This document shows, piece by piece, positions 38,220-46,573 of a stretch of DNA of 64,000 bases. The DNA comes from Poseidonia sp. GTDB taxonomy: Archaea; Thermoplasmatota; Poseidoniia; Poseidoniales; Poseidoniaceae. The position numbers and the translations under genes are program-made. Under the pieces are notes generated by a model. The model was not told the DNA's origin. It ran no database searches and saw only the letters and a program-made list of their open reading frames with translations. The DNA lies in the NCBI GenBank assembly GCA_038148515.1, contig JAYQVP010000003.1, positions 96,603 through 160,602 of the forward strand, given 5' to 3'. Within the stretch, counting starts at the first letter, position 1, and the number at the start of each line of letters is the position of its first letter.

Positions 38220-40238
38220 TCACTCCAACGCAGCTTGTATCGCCGCTTTCAGCAGCGCGCTGACTTCTTTGCCGTCGGCTCCGCTTGCTTCTTGCATCAC
38301 GACGCCCATCAACGGCCCCATAGCACCCATGCCACGTTCCTGAACGAAGTCCAAGCGAGAAGCGACGATGTTCTGTATGATGTCGGCCAGTTGGCCGGCA
38401 TCGGCGGGAGCCAATCCGTTCGCTTCGCAGTAGGCCTTCAAGACGGCAAGGCCGGGTGTTTGTCCGGCGTGCGCTTCAACCACACCTTCAACATGGTCGC
38501 GAGCAAGAACACCCTCTTCGCGCAGACGCAATACATCGGCCAACATTTGGGGTGATTCCGCTTCATGATTCAACAACAAGGCAGCCCATGCCTTGTGCGG
38601 CAGGCTATCGGCGTGTCGACAAAACACATCGTCCAATTCTCGTGCCAACATCTGATCGCGCTGATCTTCGGAACTGTCGTAATTGGCAAGGCGCTCAGCC
38701 CGCTGGGCATCCGTCATCGGCAGATGCTTCAGCACGTTCGCCCAACGGTCAGCGGTGATGGGCAGCGGGGGGACGTCGGTCTCCGGGTACATCCTTGAGC
38801 GCCCTGGCAAAGGGCGCATGGGCGAGGTAGTTCCATCCTCTGGTGCCCCTTTTTTCACAACGACGTTTCGAACTTCCTGGGGGATGCGGTGCCACGCCAG
38901 TCGCGCCCGTTCCACGACCGATTCCAAGGCCAGCATGGCTTGCCACATTGGCGCACAACAGAGCACGAAGGCGTCGTCGCTTTGGAGGTCCAACGCGGAG
39001 CGAACGGCGTTGACTTCCACCTCGGTGATGCCGTATGCCGGCAATTCATCGGCATGAAAAATCCCCTTGACGCCCGCTAATTTCGCTGCACCCGCCAGTT
39101 CTCGCCCAAGCCGGGGCTGTTGTGCACCTTCCTCATTGATGGTTTTCGAGCCAAGATGTCCTAGAAGCCCGGGAAGCGGTTGTGCCAGCATCACGGAGCC
39201 CTCTCCAATCGAGCCGCTGATCATAGACGAAGCCGTTGCTGTGAACACCTCGCTAACATCGACGGGGGAGAACAGGATATGCTGAGACACACGCTCTCGA
39301 ACCTCGGTCTCAGTTGCTTCATCGTCGTGCAGACGGGAGGGGGGCAAGGCAGGCAAGGACAACGCTGCTCGAAGGGTGTTGGCCAATCGGTAGAAATGCA
39401 GTTGGCGAGCCATTTCCAACCGAACGATGGTGGGAATCCAAGCCAAATCTTGGCACCCTTTGATCTCCACACGGTCGCCCGCAGCAATGGACACGTTCAG
39501 GTCTTGACGAATGCTGCCCAGGCCCCGACGGACGCGGCGGGTTTGACGAAGAACGCGACCCAAAGCCATAGCGGTGGATTGGGCGTGGTCGGGAGAACGG
39601 ATATCGGGAGACGTGGCGATTTCAATCAATGGCAACCCAAGTCGGTCCAAATTGTACAACACCTTCTGGCCCCGTGGTGTGTCGACCGTGTCGAGTTTGC
39701 GTGCGCTGTCCTCTTCAAGACAGAGGACGTCAATCCCCACCTCGCCTTCTTCAGTCACGAGAACACCGTCCGTTGCCATCAGCGATGTACGCTGGAAACC
39801 GCTGGTGTTCGAACCGTCAACCACGGTCTTACGCATGGTTTGCACGGTTGAGACCGGATGACCACCGAGCAGGGCCGACACTGTCAAGGCGATTTCAACG
39901 GCATCCTCGTCCAAACCCATCGGAGGTTGGTCGTCCAGTTCAATCAGGCCGGCATTGGGTGATTGTGCGTAGACAAACGTTCGATTTCGTTTAGATTCGA
40001 AACGTGCCGCTACATCCACGGCACCGCCTTCACCTTGGGTCGCTCTCAAGCGGCGCTCGTGACGGGGCCACTCGTCGGGAAGCGTCTCGATGGTGATGTC
40101 GTACAACTCGCCGCTTTGACGGGAATGCAGCTTGCCGGTCGCCAATTGCTGGTGAACCTCAATGCCGCACATGAAGCCGAGGGTTTCGGGTACCAACGAA
40201 GAGGGGCGTCCAACATCGCCCTCGGGTTCCTCGGCCAT
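38220..40238 (-). CDS. gatE: Glu-tRNA(Gln) amidotransferase subunit E
   Basis: GIEVHQQL, MRKTVVDGSNTSGFQRT, LEEDSARK, LDRLGLPLIEIAT, RGLGSIRQDLNVSI, RPLPGRSRMYPETDVP. Confidence 0.95.
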   Translation of the reverse strand: MAEEPEGDVGRPSSLVPETLGFMCGIEVHQQLATGKLHSRQSGELYDITIETLPDEWPRHERRLRATQGEGGAVDVAARFESKRNRTFVYAQSPNAGLIELDDQPPMGLDEDAVEIALTVSALLGGHPVSTVQTMRKTVVDGSNTSGFQRTSLMATDGVLVTEEGEVGIDVLCLEEDSARKLDTVDTPRGQKVLYNLDRLGLPLIEIATSPDIRSPDHAQSTAMALGRVLRQTRRVRRGLGSIRQDLNVSIAAGDRVEIKGCQDLAWIPTIVRLEMARQLHFYRLANTLRAALSLPALPPSRLHDDEATETEVRERVSQHILFSPVDVSEVFTATASSMISGSIGEGSVMLAQPLPGLLGHLGSKTINEEGAQQPRLGRELAGAAKLAGVKGIFHADELPAYGITEVEVNAVRSALDLQSDDAFVLCCAPMWQAMLALESVVERARLAWHRIPQEVRNVVVKKGAPEDGTTSPMRPLPGRSRMYPETDVPPLPITADRWANVLKHLPMTDAQRAERLANYDSSEDQRDQMLARELDDVFCRHADSLPHKAWAALLLNHEAESPQMLADVLRLREEGVLARDHVEGVVEAHAGQTPGLAVLKAYCEANGLAPADAGQLADIIQNIVASRLDFVQERGMGAMGPLMGVVMQEASGADGKEVSALLKAAIQAALE

Positions 40239-40285
40239 GCCTACCCCACGCGCTCAACCTTCATGAGCACCACGCACTTCTCGGA

Positions 40286-42415
40286 CTAGACCACCTGCAA
40301 GGTATCGTAGCCTGAGGGTCGAATCATGCGGCCGTCGCGAACGAGTTTCTCGATGATGTCTTCTGCATCCGAACGAGCGATATCGTTTCGTTCGGCCTCG
40401 GTCAGAACCTCAAGGAAATTCGCGGAAACGCCCGAGTCGTTTTGGAGGGTGGATACGATGTCGAGGAGGATCTTCTCTCGGTTTCGCACCTTCCCTTTCT
40501 TGCCCGAATACACGTCGGTCTCGTCGAAGTGTTCTCCCATCAGGTCTTGACGCCAGAGTTTGGTCAAGCGAATGGCTCGCTGGGCGTCGTCAATGGTGGC
40601 GATGTTGACCAAACGAATGCGGGCACTTGCTTCAGCAAGTCTGGAAAGGGCTTCAAGCGAACGCGCGGTGATGGCGACGCTGTCGGCGGCTTCACCGCCT
40701 TGCTTTCGCGTGGAGACGTAGTAATCAACGATGGCAGCACGGGCTTCGTCGTTGAGTTTTGGATGGTGGTTTCGCTTCGCGTAAGCGACGTACTTTCGCA
40801 ACACATCACGTGGAAGGACGGTGTATCGACCGTTGACCTTGGCCTCTGTTGTTTTCACCGCCGTCGCTCGAGACGGGTCAGGCAACTGTCCCTCTTTGAC
40901 GAGAAGTTCACTGCTGCCCGCCACTCGGTTGCTGATGATGTGCTTGGCGATTTGTTCGTCCGCCGCTGTGTCGGGGGTATCGGTGATGAGCCAAATAACG
41001 TCAAAACGGGACACGAGAGGAGGCGCGAGGTTGATCTGCGAAGTGAACGGCACGTCGCTTACCGGTTGGAAGCGCCCGCTGGTGGGGTTGGCTGCGGCGA
41101 GAACGGCGCATCGTGTACGCAGACTGGCGTTGATGCCGGCCTTTGAGATGGAGATGCTTTGTTGCTCCATCGCTTCGTGCATGCTCGATCGATCGGCCGT
41201 GTTCATCTTGTCGAATTCGTCAATGGCTGCCAAACCAAGGTCGGCCAAGACCAAGGCGCCGGCCTCAAGCGTCCATCGACCGTCAGCCGTAGCGTCTTGC
41301 ACAGCCGCAGCGGTCAATCCAGCAGCGGAGGCCGATTGCCCGGAAGCAAAACGACCGCGGGGTGAAATGGTGGACATATAGTGCAGCAACTGGGATTTCG
41401 CAACCCCGGGGTCGCCCATCAACAAGATGTGAATATCGCCGCGATTGCGGGTGCCGTCCTCGTTGATTTGGGCCACGCCACCGAACAATTGCAACATCAA
41501 CGACTCCTTGATGAAATTCATCCCAAAGATGGAGGGAGCGATGCTCGAGGTCAACAATCCGTAGACTTCCGGGTCCCGAGCGATGGATTTGATTTCGTTT
41601 TCCTCTTCCTCGGTGATGATGATTTCTTCCAACGGAATGTTTTGCCGTTCAAGAGAATGAATGCGCAGAAAAATATCGAACACCGGCGTATCCTTGCCGC
41701 CTTTTCGTTGGGAGCGAATGAACAGCACGCCGTTGGCTTTGACACGGTCGCCGGGGTTCAGCCGGCCGGCCAAATCCTGTTCACCGATACAGAGGATGCG
41801 CTCGGGTTGAATTCCGCCTTTCATTTGCTCAGGGAGTTCTTGGAGTTCGATGAATTGCGAGTTGATGAGTTGCGATGACTGTTGCTGGAGGAGGAAACGA
41901 GTTTGGCGCTTGGGCCGACCGCACCCGCCGTCGATTTGGGAACACTCCAGCGGTTCGATGAGCTCTTGCTCGTTAGGCTGGTCGATGTCCATGACGTGGC
42001 CACAAGCAACGCATTCGAACACCGCTTTGTACAATCGAGGACGAACGCCCGTGATCTTGGTGGTGACCGCGTCGATGGCGATCAGCCTTCCAATGTCGTC
42101 GGCCCGAAGTTGGGAGACGGTACGCACTTGGTCACTTGGGAGGTGAACGATTCGAACAAAAGGAGCAATGTTGCCCTCGCCCGCATCGAGCAGGAACTGG
42201 TGAAGCGCGTTGTTCGCTGAACGAAAATGCAACTCAGGGTTGGCGAGAATATCCTGAGCGAATTCGTGGTCATATCCCTCAACTTCGCGATACGAAACTT
42301 CGAGCGACTCTTCGTCAGGCCACATTTTTGAGAGGTTGTGAACGGCCTCAGCGTATTTATCTTGGAGCAACGACGTCCAGCGGGCGGGCAAGTCAAATTC
42401 TTGAATCGTGGACAT
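40286..42415 (-). CDS. mcm: MCM replicative helicase
   Basis: Zn finger CVAC..C..C, GDPGVAKSQ, AAGLTAA, LEAGALVLAD, IDEFDKM, HEAMEQQ, SRFD, ITARSLE, C-terminal wHTH. No intein. Start trimmed to ATG 42415. Confidence 0.95.
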   Translation of the reverse strand: MSTIQEFDLPARWTSLLQDKYAEAVHNLSKMWPDEESLEVSYREVEGYDHEFAQDILANPELHFRSANNALHQFLLDAGEGNIAPFVRIVHLPSDQVRTVSQLRADDIGRLIAIDAVTTKITGVRPRLYKAVFECVACGHVMDIDQPNEQELIEPLECSQIDGGCGRPKRQTRFLLQQQSSQLINSQFIELQELPEQMKGGIQPERILCIGEQDLAGRLNPGDRVKANGVLFIRSQRKGGKDTPVFDIFLRIHSLERQNIPLEEIIITEEEENEIKSIARDPEVYGLLTSSIAPSIFGMNFIKESLMLQLFGGVAQINEDGTRNRGDIHILLMGDPGVAKSQLLHYMSTISPRGRFASGQSASAAGLTAAAVQDATADGRWTLEAGALVLADLGLAAIDEFDKMNTADRSSMHEAMEQQSISISKAGINASLRTRCAVLAAANPTSGRFQPVSDVPFTSQINLAPPLVSRFDVIWLITDTPDTAADEQIAKHIISNRVAGSSELLVKEGQLPDPSRATAVKTTEAKVNGRYTVLPRDVLRKYVAYAKRNHHPKLNDEARAAIVDYYVSTRKQGGEAADSVAITARSLEALSRLAEASARIRLVNIATIDDAQRAIRLTKLWRQDLMGEHFDETDVYSGKKGKVRNREKILLDIVSTLQNDSGVSANFLEVLTEAERNDIARSDAEDIIEKLVRDGRMIRPSGYDTLQVV

Positions 42416-42482
42416 GGTGTACACCGCAGGGACTTCAAGCAACATTGGCGACGCCTTAAGATGTTTAAGTCGGGTGAAGTGC

Positions 42483-42505
42483 ACCCCTTTGTTTCCACTG
42501 GAAAA
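42483..42505 (-). promoter_or_regulatory. ORB (origin recognition box, Orc1/Cdc6 binding site)
   Basis: Minus strand reads TTTTCCAGTGGAAACAAAGGGGT, matching the euryarchaeal ORB consensus (palindromic core plus G-string). Confidence 0.8.
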
Positions 42506-42603
42506 GGAGAGGCTTGCAGCCCCCGATTCATCATGAGAACCAACAACGACTGGAGATTCGCCAGCATCAAAGAGTCCATGTAGCGTGGACCATTGCTTTG
42601 ACC

Positions 42604-43212
42604 ATGAGGGTGACCTTTGCCCATGGATTGTGGAGTGGTGTAAACAGCGGCAAAGCCGCGTGGATGCGCGAGCAAGGCTGGGATGTCGTGGCGGTCGACA
42701 TGCGCAAATACGGATGGGACCAAGCCCATCAAACACAAGCGCTTCTGGACGTCATTGACGAAGAGGGGCCGTTCGACCTTCTCATCGGTTCATCTTTTGG
42801 TGGTTTGGCAACGGCCAACGCTGCTGCTCAACGGCCCGAACTCGACCTTCGATTGGTTCTGCTCGCTCCTGCCTTTGGCTACGGCGACCTCATCAGTGCC
42901 ACGCTTGGCTCAGAAGCGATGGCGGCATGGAAAACCACCGACACGCACTCCTTCACTCCGCCAGGGTGGGATGAACCGGTCGTCTTACCGTGGTCCTTCG
43001 CTGACATCAGCAGCAAGATGGGATGGCCCGAACTTCCCCACCCAACAGCAATTCTACACGGCACCCAAGACGATGTCGTCCCCATTGCTCACAGCGAGCG
43101 TGCCGTGGCCAATCACCCTCATGTGACCTTGCACCCCGTGAACGATGGGCACCGGCTTCACGACAGCCTTGAACACCTTCATTCGTTGGCCCAAAGCGTC
43201 CTCGAGGGTTAA
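42604..43212 (+). CDS. YqiA/YcfP-like alpha/beta hydrolase (esterase)
   Basis: FAHGL.S...GKA, IGSSFGG, LLAPAF, HGTQDDVVP, DGHRL. Confidence 0.87.
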   Translation: MRVTFAHGLWSGVNSGKAAWMREQGWDVVAVDMRKYGWDQAHQTQALLDVIDEEGPFDLLIGSSFGGLATANAAAQRPELDLRLVLLAPAFGYGDLISATLGSEAMAAWKTTDTHSFTPPGWDEPVVLPWSFADISSKMGWPELPHPTAILHGTQDDVVPIAHSERAVANHPHVTLHPVNDGHRLHDSLEHLHSLAQSVLEG

Positions 43213-43249
43213 GCGGTTTGTTGAAGAGGCGCTTTTGTTTGGTCGTGGC

Positions 43250-44362
43250 ATGAGCGACCGGATGGACTACGCAAGTGCTGGCGTTGACATCGACCTCGAA
43301 GGTTCGGCCGTAGCCTCCCTCATAGGAGCGCTCTCCGGAAGCGTTCGGGCCCGCGGCACCTACGGTGCACCCGTGCCCGTGCCAGGCGGCTTTGGGGGCT
43401 TGATTGAATTTGGTGAGCAGTGGCTGGCCATGGCCACGGATGGCGTGGGCAGCAAGTTGCAAATCGCTTCCATGCTCGGACAATGGGAAGGCGTCGGAAT
43501 CGATTGCATGGCGATGAACGTCAACGACCTCTTGTGCGTGGGTGCGGAACCGCTCGCCTTCGTGGACTACGTCGCCGTCCCACGGCCAGACCCAACCGTC
43601 CATGCGGCATTGGGCCGTTCACTCGCCGAAGCCTGCCGATTGGCACGTGTCACGCTCTCTGGGGGCGAGACAGCATCTCTGCCAGGCATCGTCAACGAGT
43701 TGGACCTGTCAGGCACGGCATTGGGGTGGCTGCCCAAAGACGAAGCCATCACCGGAGAGGCCTTGTGTGAGGGCGATGTTCTCATCGGATTGCCGTCAGC
43801 CGGTATCCACTCCAACGGGTATTCACTGGTTCGGAAAATCGTTGAAATCACGGGCGCCGATTACCGAGATTCAGCCCCCTTCGAGGCCGAACATCCTCAC
43901 CGAGCCATCCGTCGATGGACGGAAGGACCGCCCACGTTGGGGGAAGTGGTCCTGAACCCCACCCGAATTTACTGCGACCCCGTGGTGGACCTGTTGATGC
44001 ACGCCCGTGAAAAGGGGGGTATGGGAATTGAGGCGATACGCGGCATTTGCCACATCACCGGCGGTGGTTTGTCCAATCTGCTTCGCCTGCATCCGACCTT
44101 GGGCTGGGACATTCACGCACCCCTTCCGGTCCTGCCAGAATTCGAGTGGTTGCAATCGGCTGGCGGAGTGGACACGCGTGAAATGTACCGCACGTTCAAC
44201 ATGGGCATGGGCATGGTCATCGCCGTGGATCCACGCCACGCCGATGAAGTCGTGAGATGGCTGCAAGACCGCCTCGCCGGATGCGCCGTGGTTGGTCACG
44301 TGGTGAACAACGGCCACCGTGTCCAACACGCCATCGATGGTGTGGAATTCAGCCACTATTGA
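43250..44362 (+). CDS. purM: Phosphoribosylformylglycinamidine cyclo-ligase (AIR synthetase)
   Basis: YASAGVDI, GGFGG, TDGVGSK, GIDCMAMNVND, GGETA, GIHSNGYSL, HITGGG, TFNMGMG. Confidence 0.95.
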   Translation: MSDRMDYASAGVDIDLEGSAVASLIGALSGSVRARGTYGAPVPVPGGFGGLIEFGEQWLAMATDGVGSKLQIASMLGQWEGVGIDCMAMNVNDLLCVGAEPLAFVDYVAVPRPDPTVHAALGRSLAEACRLARVTLSGGETASLPGIVNELDLSGTALGWLPKDEAITGEALCEGDVLIGLPSAGIHSNGYSLVRKIVEITGADYRDSAPFEAEHPHRAIRRWTEGPPTLGEVVLNPTRIYCDPVVDLLMHAREKGGMGIEAIRGICHITGGGLSNLLRLHPTLGWDIHAPLPVLPEFEWLQSAGGVDTREMYRTFNMGMGMVIAVDPRHADEVVRWLQDRLAGCAVVGHVVNNGHRVQHAIDGVEFSHY

Positions 44363-44408
44363 CCGGTTCCAGCGGTGCGGTCTTGAGGGAGAGCGTGGTG
44401 GACGACGC

Positions 44409-45752
44409 ATGACCGGGCACAATTCGCCGCAGGTTGACCCTGGTCGACTGTGGCTGGAAGGTAAAACGGTCGTCGTGATGGCCCCCAATCAAGAACGCCC
44501 GACCCACATGCCTCGAGGGCCAGCAAAACGTACGGGCCCCGGGTTTCTCAATCCAGCGATGGCCCCGGCGCGAACGAGGTCGGTCTTGTTGCTCAACGAC
44601 GCTTTGGAGCACCATTGGCTGGTGGACGAAGGCGATTCGCTGCGAGCCTTGGATGCCCTGTGCGCAACGGGAGTTCGGGTTCGTCGTTGGCGAAACGAAA
44701 TCGCAGCACACCACCAGCCACGGTTACGCATCGCTGCGAACGATTTGGACCGTGGGGCTCTGGACCACTTGCACGCCACTCACCGCCACTTCCCCCCTGC
44801 CGTGACGGTCTCCCACGCCATCGAAGACGACCGGTACGACCGACCGCCCAACGGGGAGATGGTGGACGGTCTGTTTGTGATGAACAACGACGCACGTATT
44901 GTGTTGATGGAATCAGCCTATCAGTGGATTGACCTCGACCCCTTCGGCTCACCGGTCGCTTTTCTTGACGCTGCCATCCAAGGTCTTTCTCGAGTTGGAT
45001 TTCTCGAAGTGACAGCCACCGATACCGCCGCACTCACGGGTTCAAGTGCATCATCTCAACAGCGAAGGTACGGAGCAAAAGGCATCGTTGACCGTTATGC
45101 CCACGACGATGCTGTTCGCGTCTTGCTGGGCTTGGTCGCAACGACAGCTGCCCGTCACGACCGAACGGTAGAACCGGTTCTGGCGCTGTTTGATGGTCAT
45201 CATGTACGTGTCAGCGTCAAGGTGAGACGGAGTCGAGAAGATGCATCCTCGGTGTTAGAACACATGGGTTGGAGGGTTCGTTCACCCAACGGAGGGTATC
45301 GTTTCGTTCGGCACCCCACACCCGAGGAAGTGGAACTCGGCAGCGGGCCGATGTGGATGGGTCCTTTGTGGGACAAAGCCATTGCAAAGCGAATGACCGA
45401 AGAAAAGGCGCTCGAAGTTTGCTCGCCCAGCGAAGAGGAGTTGGATGCCTTGCGAGAAACCGGCTTGGAGTGGAGCGAGCACGACATTGAACACGCTCAA
45501 CGCGAACTGCGTCGCAGCGTTCGTTTCATCGCCGAAGCAGCCGACTTGATGAGCGGTGAGCACACCTTGTACCACATGGACGACCTGCCCAGGTTGTCGG
45601 GTGTTGGGAGCGCTCCGAGGATGGAACGCCTGTTTGAATCGCTGGCTACAGCTGGGTTTCGTGCTGCACGCGTACCCGATATCGACCCCTTTTTCATCAC
45701 GGATACGCCCCTCGACAGGCTTGTTGAGACCGTACGAGCATTGGTGACCTAA
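44409..45752 (+). CDS. trm1: tRNA (guanine(26)-N2)-dimethyltransferase
   Basis: FLNP.M...R, DALCATGVR.RR, ND, IDLDPFGSP..FLD.A, VTATD.A.L.G, GPMWMGPL. Confidence 0.87.
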   Translation: MTGHNSPQVDPGRLWLEGKTVVVMAPNQERPTHMPRGPAKRTGPGFLNPAMAPARTRSVLLLNDALEHHWLVDEGDSLRALDALCATGVRVRRWRNEIAAHHQPRLRIAANDLDRGALDHLHATHRHFPPAVTVSHAIEDDRYDRPPNGEMVDGLFVMNNDARIVLMESAYQWIDLDPFGSPVAFLDAAIQGLSRVGFLEVTATDTAALTGSSASSQQRRYGAKGIVDRYAHDDAVRVLLGLVATTAARHDRTVEPVLALFDGHHVRVSVKVRRSREDASSVLEHMGWRVRSPNGGYRFVRHPTPEEVELGSGPMWMGPLWDKAIAKRMTEEKALEVCSPSEEELDALRETGLEWSEHDIEHAQRELRRSVRFIAEAADLMSGEHTLYHMDDLPRLSGVGSAPRMERLFESLATAGFRAARVPDIDPFFITDTPLDRLVETVRALVT

Positions 45753-45755
45753 ACG

Positions 45756-46517
45756 TCAGCCAAAGGACGGGTCTATGTCCGTGATGTTGTCCTCGGCATC
45801 GGGTGCAGGCAGCATTTGAGAAGCGTTTTCGATGATATCTCGAACGCTGTCCTCGATGGAACGGGCGTTCTCCAAGAGTTCACCCAGAGGTATCTCCAAA
45901 CCGGTCAGATCGCTGACGGCCTCCACGGCCAAGGCCGCAGCCCGGGCATCGGGGTACATCGGGCTGGCCTCAGAAAGCAAGGCCGTGATGTCAATGCCCA
46001 ATCGGTCGCCCTCTCCCAGCAAAAATCCAGTGATGCCGGCGACGATGCCCTGTTGGATTGGTTCGATGTCGAGATGCTTCAATCGCTCTCTTGCTTCTGG
46101 GGTGGAGCCCACGCCAAACAGTTCCCCGTTGGTCAATTCCTTTTCAGGTCGGGTCAAGCCGTCAATGATGATCAATCGCTCAAAGTCCCCTTTGGTAAAC
46201 CATTCGAGCACCGTCGAGGCAAACGTGATGTCGGTGTCGTTGCCGAATTGTATCTCTGAAGTGAACACACCGATGCCCTCACCTTGGTAGACTCGCACGG
46301 GGTGTTTTGGCACTTCATTGTGAATCAACGCCACGGCGGGAAAGTGCTTGTTCATCACCGTTCCCAGTTGCTTGAGTTTGAGGGTTTTGATGATGTGAGA
46401 CGTGGCGATTACACCCACCATCCCGGCCGTGGTAAAACCGCAAATCGCTACGCCGCCGGTACGAGGGTCAGCGTCGTGATGGAGGACCAAAGCGTAGGGT
46501 TGCAAATCGGCATCCAT
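45756..46517 (-). CDS. PAC2-family proteasome assembly chaperone homolog
   Basis: GF...GMVG.IA..HI, P.RVY, G.VAGITG.LL, PDARAAA. C-terminus SFG. Confidence 0.87.
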   Translation of the reverse strand: MDADLQPYALVLHHDADPRTGGVAICGFTTAGMVGVIATSHIIKTLKLKQLGTVMNKHFPAVALIHNEVPKHPVRVYQGEGIGVFTSEIQFGNDTDITFASTVLEWFTKGDFERLIIIDGLTRPEKELTNGELFGVGSTPEARERLKHLDIEPIQQGIVAGITGFLLGEGDRLGIDITALLSEASPMYPDARAAALAVEAVSDLTGLEIPLGELLENARSIEDSVRDIIENASQMLPAPDAEDNITDIDPSFG

Positions 46518-46573
46518 CTCTTGTCCTCCGTGTGCGTGCCAACGGCTGACCCATGAAAAGGCTCACGCCGGCT

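Noticed and set aside
38220-40238. gatE without adjacent gatD
   Set aside because: The two genes are often unlinked, so absence within 64 kb is uninformative.
42416-42736. Extended MCM N-terminus or intein
   Set aside because: The extension covers the promoter/ORB and the divergent hydrolase gene. No intein motifs were seen in MCM.
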